Below are positions 17,071 through 28,174 of a stretch of 64,000 bases of DNA, one piece after another (positions within the stretch are counted from its first letter, which is position 1; every line of letters starts with the position of its first letter). The position numbers were made by a program, and so were the translations under genes. The stretch comes from Clostridia bacterium (lineage in GTDB: Bacteria > Bacillota > Clostridia > Oscillospirales > Acutalibacteraceae). The stretch lies in contig JAFSFB010000020.1 in assembly GCA_017435385.1 (NCBI GenBank), forward strand, positions 5,251 through 69,250, read 5' to 3'. The notes below the pieces were generated by a model that was given only the letters and a program-made list of their open reading frames with translations, searched no databases and was not told the origin of the DNA.

Positions 17071-17991
17071 TCAGTTGTTTGATATGATTTCTTTTGCGCT
17101 TGCTGCAAGACCTGCAATTCCCTGAAGATCGCTGGGGATGATGAGCTTCGTAGCCTGACCGTCAGCGGCGGCTTCAAAAGCTTCAAGGCTCTTTATCGTC
17201 AGATAACCCTGACCGGGCTGAGCCTGATTGATAAGCTCAATAGCCTTTGCTCTTGCTTCCTCAACCTTGAGAATGGCTTCAGCTTCACCCTCGGCTTCTC
17301 TGATCTTTGCTTCTCTGATAGCTTCTGCGGCAAGAATTGCGCTCTGCTTGTCAGCTTCAGCGGCAAGGATCTTGCTCTCCTTGTTACCTTCTGCAACGAG
17401 GATCTTTGATGCCTTTTCGCCTTCTGCGGTAAGAATGGCTTCTCTGCGCTGACGCTCAGCCTTCATCTGCTTTTCCATGGCATCCTGAATCTCTCTGGGA
17501 GGAAGAATGTTCTTGAGCTCGACTCTGTTTACCTTGATGCCCCAGGGATCGGTTGCTTCGTCAAGAATTCCTCTGATCTTTGCATTGATAATATCACGGG
17601 AGGTGAGCGTGTGGTCAAGCTCCATTTCACCGATGATATTACGAAGAGTTGTTGCTGTCAGATTTTCGATAGCGGCAAGAGGTCTTTCAACGCCGTAGGC
17701 ATAGAGCTTGGGATCGGTTATCTGGAAGAAAACGACCGTATCGATCTGCATTGTTACGTTATCTTTTGTGATAACGGGCTGAGGCGGAAAGTCAACGATC
17801 TGTTCCTTGAGAGAAACCTGCCTTGCAACCTTTTCGATAAAGGGGATCTTGATGTGAAGTCCCGTCTGCCAGGTTGCGCTGTATGTTCCGAGTCTTTCAA
17901 TGACATAAGCCTTTGACTGAGGAACGATTTTGATGTTGAGAACAACGATGATTACAATGAATAATGCGAGTCCGATTAATACAAATTCCAT
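17071..17991 (-). CDS. SPFH/band-7 (stomatin-like) protein
   Basis: N-terminal TM segment, an SPFH core (VIERLGTYSATWQTGLHIKIPFIEKV) and an Ala/Glu-rich coiled coil. Confidence 0.85.
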   Translation of the reverse strand: MEFVLIGLALFIVIIVVLNIKIVPQSKAYVIERLGTYSATWQTGLHIKIPFIEKVARQVSLKEQIVDFPPQPVITKDNVTMQIDTVVFFQITDPKLYAYGVERPLAAIENLTATTLRNIIGEMELDHTLTSRDIINAKIRGILDEATDPWGIKVNRVELKNILPPREIQDAMEKQMKAERQRREAILTAEGEKASKILVAEGNKESKILAAEADKQSAILAAEAIREAKIREAEGEAEAILKVEEARAKAIELINQAQPGQGYLTIKSLEAFEAAADGQATKLIIPSDLQGIAGLAASAKEIISNN

Positions 17992-18007
17992 AATACCCTC
18001 CTGAAAT

Positions 18008-18436
18008 TTATCTGACGATGAGCTTTACACCGTCGATTTTTGTGACTGTTACGGTCTGATCAAGTTCAATTGTTTCGCCGTTTTCGGAGCGGGCTGTCCA
18101 CACGATTCCGTTGACTTTAACGGCACCCTTTCCCTCGATGTTATCAATGCGTTCGGTGACTACCGCAGTCTGACCGATGCATCGGTCAGCATTTGTCGGC
18201 AAGGCTTTCTGCTTGGTGATTTTTTTGACAAGAGGCCTTGTTGCAACAATGACGACTGCCGAAACCGCAACAAAGATCAGCCATTGGAGCCATACCTCTG
18301 CACCGAGCATTTCCGAAATCAGAGCCGCAACCGAACCGACCGCAAACCAGATCGTGACCAGCTGAGCTGTCAGAGCTTCGATAACAACGAATGCAACGAG
18401 CATGACGATCCAGAATGCAAGCATATATTGCGCCAT
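18008..18436 (-). CDS. NfeD family membrane protein
   Basis: Three TM helices plus a C-terminal OB domain (GQTAVVTERIDNIEGKGAVKVNGIVWTARS). GGAGG RBS before MAQYML. It sits upstream of the SPFH gene. Confidence 0.8.
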   Translation of the reverse strand: MAQYMLAFWIVMLVAFVVIEALTAQLVTIWFAVGSVAALISEMLGAEVWLQWLIFVAVSAVVIVATRPLVKKITKQKALPTNADRCIGQTAVVTERIDNIEGKGAVKVNGIVWTARSENGETIELDQTVTVTKIDGVKLIVR

Positions 18437-18542
18437 AATACCGCCTCCTTTATGAGTATTGCACAAGTTCTATGCTGATTTAATTTTATCACTACATAAT
18501 TTAAAATACAATATATTTTTACGATTTTACAATTTGTTCAAA

Positions 18543-18923
18543 TTAAAAAATATTTTCGGCAAGAGGTTTCTCTGATTCATAAAGCATTTCAAGCTGAAGC
18601 TTGATCTTGATGCAGAGCATTTTCAGCTCATATTTATCTGATATTTCAGATGTTTCACAGAGTATTCTTATATTTTCCGAAACAGGTTCGGTTTTGCTGT
18701 GAACCGTAACGAAGTTCAGAAGCTTTTCTGTTTTGTTCCATTCATCATTTAATGAATTTAACTCTTCCTTTATTTCCGTAACGCTGAGACGGTCAATATT
18801 TTCGTAAAGATACAAAATATTTTTGTCTGTTTCTTCAAGTTTTTCTTTGAGAACAATTGATATGACCGCTATTCCGATAACCGTAACTGCGAGCATTACA
18901 AAGGCGGTTATAACTCTTCTCAT
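18543..18923 (-). CDS. DUF4363 family protein
   Basis: 126 aa with an N-terminal TM helix and a helical body. ATGA overlap with the upstream DUF421 gene, which is the usual pairing. Confidence 0.6.
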   Translation of the reverse strand: MRRVITAFVMLAVTVIGIAVISIVLKEKLEETDKNILYLYENIDRLSVTEIKEELNSLNDEWNKTEKLLNFVTVHSKTEPVSENIRILCETSEISDKYELKMLCIKIKLQLEMLYESEKPLAENIF

Positions 18924-19606
18924 GGTCTGTCTTTCCTTTCGATGATATTGAATTTTCTTTTTTTATCAACGGTCATCAGGAGGATATTGCTGATTTTTTT
19001 ATTCTTTTTGCAAAGGATTCTGTCAACTTCTTCTTTTGTAATATCGGCTTCGCAGGCGGATTTTGCGTTGAAATCGCCGTCGCATATAACGGCAAAAGGC
19101 AATCCGCAGTCCTCGGGCTTTAAATTCATGTCCTCAGGCGTCAGATTCTTGTTTTGCGGTTTCAGGAGAACGCTTATCTTTCCGTTTGTTTCAAAAATGG
19201 CATATGAGATCTGTGATATTTCAAAAACATCCCGTTGCCTTAATGCGCTCATCAGATCGTTGACGGTCAGCCTTAGTTCCTTCAGAGCATTCTGGTCGAT
19301 CTGACCGTTTCGGATAACGATAACAGGGTGTCCCTGCATAATATTCCTCAGCTTATGAAATCTCAGACTCAGAGCCGATGAGATTATTTCAAAGGATACG
19401 AGAACGGCGAGTGCAATCATTGAATTGATTACGGGAATCGAATTATCCTGCATGGGCAGAGATGCAACCTCGGATATCAGTATGGTTATGACGAGCTCGG
19501 AGGGCTGCAGCTCACCGATCTGTCTTTTGCCCATAAGCCTGATCAGAAATATAACAACAGCATAAAGCATGACTGCCCGAATGAATGCTACGATCATTTT
19601 AAACAC
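18920..19606 (-). CDS. DUF421 (YetF-like) membrane protein
   Basis: MGKRQIGELQPSELVITILISEVAS motif and 228-aa length are typical of the YetF/YrbG family of spore formers. Confidence 0.75.
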   Translation of the reverse strand: MFKMIVAFIRAVMLYAVVIFLIRLMGKRQIGELQPSELVITILISEVASLPMQDNSIPVINSMIALAVLVSFEIISSALSLRFHKLRNIMQGHPVIVIRNGQIDQNALKELRLTVNDLMSALRQRDVFEISQISYAIFETNGKISVLLKPQNKNLTPEDMNLKPEDCGLPFAVICDGDFNAKSACEADITKEEVDRILCKKNKKISNILLMTVDKKRKFNIIERKDRP

Positions 19607-19690
19607 TTCCCGTTTATTTTTTATAATTTGTTGACTATGCCTGAATATCTGTGTATAATCAAAAAGTACCGTGAAACAGGAGGGGATAAT

Positions 19691-20647
19691 ATGAAATATT
19701 TCCTCGGAATTGATATCGGCGGAACAAAATGTGCCGCTGTTATATGTGAAGAAAATTCTGATAAAGTTCTTGATAAGATAAGATTTGAAACGCTCAGCGA
19801 AAGAGGTTGGAATGCCGTTGTTGAGGAATTGATTTCAAGTTCGGAAGCTTTGCTCGAAAGAAACGGAATAGAGCATGAGGATGTTATTTCCTGCGGCATC
19901 AGCTGCGGCGGTCCGCTTGACAGCGAAAAGGGTATTATCATGTGTCCGCCCAATCTTCCCGACTGGGATAATGTTCCGCTTGCCGATATAATCAAAGAAA
20001 GGCTCGGCATACCCTGCAAGGTTCAGAACGATGCCGATGCGTGCGCACTCGCCGAATGGAAATTCGGTGCAGGCAGGGGATGCGATAATATGATATTCCT
20101 GACCTTCGGAACGGGTATGGGAGCAGGTTTGATACTCAACGGCAGGCTTTACACCGGTGCGTGCGGAATGGCAGGCGAGGTCGGACATGTGCGTTTAGCT
20201 CCCGACGGTCCCGTCGGTTACGGAAAAGCCGGTTCGTTTGAAGGCTTCTGCTCCGGCGGGGGGATTGCCGCAAATGCTGAAAGAATGCTTTCGATCTATA
20301 ACGGTATAACTTCCATACCGAGAGATAATGTTACGGCTCAGACTGTTGCCGTGGCGGCGGCTCAGGGAGATAAGCTTGCAAATGCAATTTACAGAAAATG
20401 CGGTGAAATGCTCGGCCACGGAATTTCGGTTCTTATTGATATTCTAAATCCCGAGATGATAGTTATCGGCAGCATCTTCGAGCGTTCGGGCTTTTTGCTT
20501 AAAGAAAGCATGATGAGCGTTATTGAGAGTGAGGCTCTTGAGCTTTCTGCTGAAAAGTGCAGGATCGTTCCTGCCATGCTCGGTGACAGCATCGGAGATT
20601 ATGCGGCTCTCGGAGTTGCAAAAAATTATGCGGAGGAAAATCTATGA
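19691..20647 (+). CDS. ROK family sugar kinase
   Basis: MKYFLGIDIGGTK, then GAGLILNGRLYTGACGMAGEVGH. AGGAGGGG RBS before the ATG at 19691. Confidence 0.8.
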   Translation: MKYFLGIDIGGTKCAAVICEENSDKVLDKIRFETLSERGWNAVVEELISSSEALLERNGIEHEDVISCGISCGGPLDSEKGIIMCPPNLPDWDNVPLADIIKERLGIPCKVQNDADACALAEWKFGAGRGCDNMIFLTFGTGMGAGLILNGRLYTGACGMAGEVGHVRLAPDGPVGYGKAGSFEGFCSGGGIAANAERMLSIYNGITSIPRDNVTAQTVAVAAAQGDKLANAIYRKCGEMLGHGISVLIDILNPEMIVIGSIFERSGFLLKESMMSVIESEALELSAEKCRIVPAMLGDSIGDYAALGVAKNYAEENL

Positions 20648-21261
20648 ACGGATTTCTTGACTCGCTGATCGACAGATATCCCTCTCTTGCTCAATGCAGA
20701 GAACAGATCTTAAAAGCATATGAGATCATTATTGATTGCTATGACAACGGAGGAAAGCTTCTTTGCTGCGGCAACGGAGGAAGTGCGGCGGACTGCGACC
20801 ATCTTGTCGGAGAGCTGATGAAGGGCTTTCTGAAAAAGCGACCTCTTTCAGATGATGATAAGAAAGCTTTTTCTTCGGATTTAATTCCTTTGCAGCTTCA
20901 GAAAGGCTTGCCCGCAATCTCTCTTTGTGCTCATTCGGCGTTGATGACCGCTTTTTCAAATGACGAATCACCCGATTTTGTTTTTGCTCAGCAGGTTTAC
21001 TGTCTTGCCCGTGAAAACGATATTCTCGTTTGTTTCAGCACCTCGGGCAATTCCGAAAATGTTGTTTATGCTGCTGAAACCGCAAAAGCAAAAGGTATAA
21101 AAGTTATTTCTCTCACAGGTAAAAACGAAAGCAGGCTGAGCGGAATCAGCGATGTCTGCATCCGTCTTCCCGAAACCGAAACATACAAAATTCAGGAGCT
21201 TACGCTTCCTGTTTATCATTGTCTTGCAGCTATGGCTGAAGAACACTATTTTGAAATCTAA
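20644..21261 (+). CDS. SIS-domain protein, GmhA/DiaA-like (phosphoheptose-isomerase fold)
   Basis: CCGNGGSAADCDHLVGELM and FSTSGNSENV motifs. ATGA overlap with the ROK gene. Confidence 0.7.
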   Translation: MNGFLDSLIDRYPSLAQCREQILKAYEIIIDCYDNGGKLLCCGNGGSAADCDHLVGELMKGFLKKRPLSDDDKKAFSSDLIPLQLQKGLPAISLCAHSALMTAFSNDESPDFVFAQQVYCLARENDILVCFSTSGNSENVVYAAETAKAKGIKVISLTGKNESRLSGISDVCIRLPETETYKIQELTLPVYHCLAAMAEEHYFEI

Positions 21262-21275
21262 CGGAGGAACTTAAA

Positions 21276-22982
21276 ATGAATATTCCGAGAGCTGAGCATC
21301 CCAATCCGCAATCCGAAAGAAAAAACTGGCTGAATCTCAACGGTGAGTGGGATTTTGAATTCGATTTCGGCAACAGTAAATATGATGCAGGAATTATTGA
21401 TAAGAAAGAATGGGATAGAAAGATCGTTGTTCCCTTCTGCCCCGAGAGCAAGCTTTCGGGCATTGAGCATACGGATTTCATTCCTGCGGTTTGGTACAGA
21501 AAAACCGTTGATATCTCCGCTGAGAACCTTGAGGGCATAGTTTTCCTGAATTTCGGTGCTGTTGACTATGAAGCAAAAATCTATGTCAACGGTAAGAAAG
21601 CGGGGTATCACAAGGGCGGATATTCCTCATTCAGAGTCGATATAACCGAGTTTCTTAATGTCGGCAAAAATGTGATCGTTGTCAATGCGGTTGACGATGT
21701 CAGAGATCCTCTCGTTCCCAGAGGAAAGCAGTGCGAAGAACTTAAATCCCGTGGCTGTGACTATACGAGAACAACGGGTATCTGGCAGACCGTCTGGCTC
21801 GAGTTCGTTCCCAAGGAGCATATCAAAAGCTTCAGACTTTATCCCGATGCCGAAAATTCAGCTCTTTCAATTCTTGCCAATGTTGAGGGTGAGGGCGAAT
21901 TCACGGCAGAAGCATTCTACGAAGGCAGACCCGTCGGTTCGGTTAAAAAGCATGTATCCAATGTTTTCAACGGAGAGATCGCTCTGAGCGAAAAGCATCT
22001 CTGGGAACCCGGCTGCGGCAGACTTTATGATCTTAAACTCACCTTCAACGGAGATGAAATTTCAAGCTATTTCGGACTTCGTTCGATCCGACTTGATGAT
22101 TATAAATTCCTTATTAACGGTAAATCCGTTTTCCAGCGCCTTGTTCTCGATCAGGGCTTTTACCGTGACGGTATTTATACCGCTCCCACTGAAGAACATC
22201 TTATCAATGATATAAAGATTTCTTTCGCTGTCGGCTTCAACGGTGCAAGACTTCATCAGAAGGTTTTTGAACCCAGATTCCTTTATCATTGTGACAGACT
22301 CGGTTATCTTGTCTGGGGTGAATACGGAAACTGGGGACTTGACTGGTCAAATACATCCGCTCTTGAAGCAATCCTTCCCGAATGGTGCGAATGCGTTGAA
22401 AGAGATTTCAACCATCCTTCGATCATCGGATGGTGTCCCTTCAACGAAACATGGGATATCGACGGAAGAAAGCAGTATGACAGCATTCTCAGAACCGTTT
22501 ACAGAGTTACAAAACAGCTTGATGTAACAAGACCCTGCATCGACACAAGCGGTAATTTCCATGTTGAAACCGATATATATGATGTTCATGATTATGAGCA
22601 GGATGTTGAAACCTTCAAGAACAATTATGACAGACTCATGACGGAAAATGTTCTTTTTGAAAGATTCCCCGAGCGTCAGATGTATAGCGGCAAGGGCTGT
22701 GCGTGGGTCAGTGAATACGGCGGACTTCAGTGGTCAGAGGGTGACAGAGAGGATGCTTGGGGCTACGGCAACGCACCCAAGACTCTCGATGAGTTTATTG
22801 AAAGATATAAAGGTCTGACCGATGCTCTTCTTGATAATGACAGAATGTTCGGCTTCTGCTATACTCAGCTTTACGATATCGAACAGGAACAGAACGGTCT
22901 TTATTATTATGACCGCACACCCAAGTTTGACACGGAAATTTTTAAGGCAATTAATTCCCGTAAAGCCGCAATTGAAGATTGA
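21276..22982 (+). CDS. Glycoside hydrolase family 2 enzyme, no signal peptide
   Basis: LNGEWDFEFD, FGAVDYEAKIYVNGKKAGYHKGGYSSFRVDIT and NHPSIIGWCPFNE (acid/base region). Confidence 0.8.
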   Translation: MNIPRAEHPNPQSERKNWLNLNGEWDFEFDFGNSKYDAGIIDKKEWDRKIVVPFCPESKLSGIEHTDFIPAVWYRKTVDISAENLEGIVFLNFGAVDYEAKIYVNGKKAGYHKGGYSSFRVDITEFLNVGKNVIVVNAVDDVRDPLVPRGKQCEELKSRGCDYTRTTGIWQTVWLEFVPKEHIKSFRLYPDAENSALSILANVEGEGEFTAEAFYEGRPVGSVKKHVSNVFNGEIALSEKHLWEPGCGRLYDLKLTFNGDEISSYFGLRSIRLDDYKFLINGKSVFQRLVLDQGFYRDGIYTAPTEEHLINDIKISFAVGFNGARLHQKVFEPRFLYHCDRLGYLVWGEYGNWGLDWSNTSALEAILPEWCECVERDFNHPSIIGWCPFNETWDIDGRKQYDSILRTVYRVTKQLDVTRPCIDTSGNFHVETDIYDVHDYEQDVETFKNNYDRLMTENVLFERFPERQMYSGKGCAWVSEYGGLQWSEGDREDAWGYGNAPKTLDEFIERYKGLTDALLDNDRMFGFCYTQLYDIEQEQNGLYYYDRTPKFDTEIFKAINSRKAAIED

Positions 22983-22988
22983 TTAATG

Positions 22989-23026
22989 AAAAGAGCTTCC
23001 TCACCGATTCGGTGAAGAAGCTCTTT
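22989..23026. terminator. Bidirectional intrinsic terminator
   Basis: AAAGAGCTTCcTCACC-gattc-GGTGAaGAAGCTCTTT between convergent genes. Confidence 0.8.
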
Positions 23027-23034
23027 TGAAATTT

Positions 23035-23592
23035 TTATTGCAGTTCAATTATTTCTGTTTTGTATATACCGTTTCCGTTTTGTGCGGTGAAGAGCATTGA
23101 ATTATCTGTCCATTCAATCGTATAATCTCCCGAGCTGATTGCACGATAACCGTCGTCAGTGATTAATAAATCTTTATGAGAAACAAAAAACGGATTTTTT
23201 CTCTCGTAAAATCTGACTCCGCCGCCTAAAAGATATGACCATTCTTCGGCTACAACGGTATGGTTACCGTCAGGAGACGTGAATTCATAATATTTTTTGT
23301 CTTCATAGTCATATGACCAATTAAAAATACAAATGCATACAATAACGAATCTTGAAATTTTCGGTATAAATGAAGATATTCTGTTCTTTTCGCCTTTGTT
23401 AAATAAGGCAATTATTGCTGAAATCAGATAAAAAACTGCCGATGTTGACAGAAGAACTATGTAAAGTAATGAATCGTTGACAGACCCGACAAGGAATTCG
23501 TTGCCGCTGATTTCATATATTAATATCAGAATCAGAGCAACCGCAATCGGGATAGCGGCAATGATCTCAAAAATTTTGTTGAGTTTTTTCAT
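23035..23592 (-). CDS. Hypothetical membrane protein (3 TM helices plus a C-terminal soluble domain)
   Basis: ORF with a GAGGTG RBS before MKKLNK. AT-rich. No recognisable motif. Confidence 0.5.
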   Translation of the reverse strand: MKKLNKIFEIIAAIPIAVALILILIYEISGNEFLVGSVNDSLLYIVLLSTSAVFYLISAIIALFNKGEKNRISSFIPKISRFVIVCICIFNWSYDYEDKKYYEFTSPDGNHTVVAEEWSYLLGGGVRFYERKNPFFVSHKDLLITDDGYRAISSGDYTIEWTDNSMLFTAQNGNGIYKTEIIELQ

Positions 23593-23700
23593 ATTGATCA
23601 CCTCATTTAAGCATATAGTATCATAAAAAGCTTTTTTTGTAAATTATAAAAAATTAAAAAGTCTTAAGAGAAACTGTGTAACGGCATATAGTAATAACAG

Positions 23701-24342
23701 GTGATTATTGTGAGATACAGAAGATTTTACAGACGGAAGAATTCTGCCGTTTTCGGTATAGTATGTGTTCTTATCGTTTTGTTGATTTCTCTTTTGCTGG
23801 TTGATGCAAAGCTTCGTCCCGCGGTTTATGAGCTTGCGGCTCTTGAAGCATATTCGGTTTCATCGGAGAGAGTCAATTCAGCGGTCGAAAGAATTCTTTC
23901 GGAAAATGCTCCGCTTTATTCTGATCTTGTTACTGTGAATTACAGTAACAGCAACATTATAACGGGAATAACAACCGATATTGTTGGAATGAATGTTTTT
24001 AAATCGCAGGTCACGAATGCGATTGACAGCGAATTCTCTGAATCTCCCGAAACTGAAATACCGATTTCTCTGGGTACTGCAAGCGGAGTTGTTCTTTTTT
24101 CCGGACTCGGTCCAAAGGTCAATATTGATGTTGGCTTTGTTTCATCAACAAAAACAGACTTTAAAAATGTCTTTGAAAGCGCAGGCATAAATCAGACTCA
24201 GCACAGCATAATGCTCAACGTTGAAACAACGGTTATTCTCAACCTCGCAGGCAGACGTATACCCCAAACCGTCGAAACCTCTTTCTGCGTTGCTCAGACG
24301 GTAATCGTCGGTTCCGTTCCCGAAGTGACGGTCAATAAATAA
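23701..24342 (+). CDS. yunB: Sporulation protein YunB
   Basis: N-terminal TM helix. The pattern IPISLGTASGVVLFSGLGPKVNIDV...GINQTQHSIMLNVE matches the YunB family layout. Confidence 0.7.
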   Translation: MIIVRYRRFYRRKNSAVFGIVCVLIVLLISLLLVDAKLRPAVYELAALEAYSVSSERVNSAVERILSENAPLYSDLVTVNYSNSNIITGITTDIVGMNVFKSQVTNAIDSEFSESPETEIPISLGTASGVVLFSGLGPKVNIDVGFVSSTKTDFKNVFESAGINQTQHSIMLNVETTVILNLAGRRIPQTVETSFCVAQTVIVGSVPEVTVNK

Positions 24343-24412
24343 ATCTTTTCTTTTGATTGATTTTGACTGCAGAAATTGGTATAATAAATATATCATTTTT
24401 TAAGGAAGTTGA

Positions 24413-26760
<2,348 letters not shown>

Positions 26761-26774
26761 TATTAATAAAGTAC

Positions 26775-26803
26775 TTGCATTTTTTTAACCCATGTGTTAA
26801 AAT
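26775..26803 (+). promoter_or_regulatory. SigmaA-type promoter of the pheST leader
   Basis: TTGCAT, a 17-nt spacer, then TGtTAAAAT. Confidence 0.55.
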
Positions 26804-26809
26804 ACTGTG

Positions 26810-27062
26810 GATATAATAAACGCAGTGATCGGGAGAGTAAGCATCCGATGCTCATTCCAGAGAAGATCCGTCATCGGCTGAAAGCGGATCATGAGATAAG
26901 TTGCTGAAGTTCACCCGTTAGCGGCAGGGCTGAAAATTGCAGTAGGTTCTGACGGCAAACCGCCGTTATCGGTTTAAAGAGTGTCCGTTTTTGTAACGGA
27001 AATGCAGGGTGGTACCACGGATTTATTCGTCCCTCGTTGTCTTTGGGCAACGGGGGATTTTA
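26810..27062 (+). promoter_or_regulatory. T-box leader (Phe specifier) controlling pheS-pheT
   Basis: AGAGA/GA motif near the 5' end. Specifier loop GAAG-UUC-A has TTC at 26910-26912. Conserved T-box AGGGTGGTACCACG lies at 27006-27019. The terminator is TCCCTCGTTG...CAACGGGGGA followed by TTTT. Confidence 0.85.
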
Positions 27063-27091
27063 ATTTGTAAATTATGAAAGGATTGATATAA

Positions 27092-28171
27092 ATGTTTGAA
27101 AAACCCGCAGAGTTAAAAAAGCTGTTTGAAGAAAAGATCTCGGCAGTTTCGGCAACAGCCGAAGTTGAACAGCTCAGAATCGAATTCCTCGGCAAGAAGG
27201 GCTCGGTTGCCGCTCTCATGCAGGAGCTTCGCAACATTCCCAATGACCAGAAAAAAGAGGCAGGTCAGGCAATCAACGATGTAAAGCAGTTCGTTGAAAA
27301 TGCCGTTGCCGAAAAGCTTGAAGAACTCAGAAAGCTTGAGGAGCAGAAGCTTATCGATGCATGCGAGAGCTACGATGAATCCATGCCTACCGATAACGAT
27401 ATCGGTTCATATCATCCGATAACCCTTGTCCGCCGTGAGGTTGAGAATATCTTCCTTAGCATGGGCTTCTCGATTGAGGACTATTCTGAAATCACAGATG
27501 ACTATAACTGCTTCGAGGCTCTGAATATTCCGAAGCACCATCCTGCAAGAGATATGCAGGACACTTATTATCTTAGCAGCGGTCAGCTTCTCAAGACTCA
27601 TACCTCTGCTGCTCAGAATACCATTCTCAGAAAGTATAAGGATTCGCTTGAAAACGGTAATCCCATCAGAGCTATCTTCCCCGGCAGATGCTTCAGAAAC
27701 GAAAAGATCGATGCCTGCCATGAAAACACCTTCTTCCAGATGGAAGGTATCATGGTTGACAAGGATATTTCAATCTCAAACCTTATTTATTTCATGAAAA
27801 CAATGCTCTCAGAGGTTTTCCAGAGAGATATTACCGTCAGACTCCGACCCGGTTTCTTCCCCTTTGTTGAACCCGGCTTTGAGCTTGATATTCAGTGCTC
27901 GATCTGCGGCGGTAAAGGCTGCCCCTCCTGCAAGGATTCCGGCTGGCTTGAACTCTGCCCCTGCGGCATGATTCATCCCAATGTTCTTACAGCTGCGGGA
28001 ATCGATCCCGAAAAATATATCGGCTTTGCTTTCGGACTTGGTATGACAAGACTTGCCATGATGAGATACGGAGTCAAGGATATCCGTGTTTTCAACAGCG
28101 GCAATCTCAAGGCTCTTTCTCAGTTTACCGAAAAATCATTCACAAAGCCCGAAGAAAGCAAGGAGGCATAA
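27092..28171 (+). CDS. pheS: Phenylalanine--tRNA ligase alpha subunit
   Basis: 359 aa with class II motifs (HPARDMQDTYY, FPGRCFRNE, GFAFGLGMTRLAM). Confidence 0.95.
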   Translation: MFEKPAELKKLFEEKISAVSATAEVEQLRIEFLGKKGSVAALMQELRNIPNDQKKEAGQAINDVKQFVENAVAEKLEELRKLEEQKLIDACESYDESMPTDNDIGSYHPITLVRREVENIFLSMGFSIEDYSEITDDYNCFEALNIPKHHPARDMQDTYYLSSGQLLKTHTSAAQNTILRKYKDSLENGNPIRAIFPGRCFRNEKIDACHENTFFQMEGIMVDKDISISNLIYFMKTMLSEVFQRDITVRLRPGFFPFVEPGFELDIQCSICGGKGCPSCKDSGWLELCPCGMIHPNVLTAAGIDPEKYIGFAFGLGMTRLAMMRYGVKDIRVFNSGNLKALSQFTEKSFTKPEESKEA

Positions 28172-28174
28172 CCG

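Noticed and set aside
17199-17452. Periodic GCT/GCA/GAA-rich DNA that looks repeat-like.
   Set aside because: It encodes the Ala/Glu/Lys coiled-coil region of the SPFH protein (AEGEKASKILVAEGNKESKILAAEADKQ...). It is a protein-level repeat, not a DNA repeat element or CRISPR.
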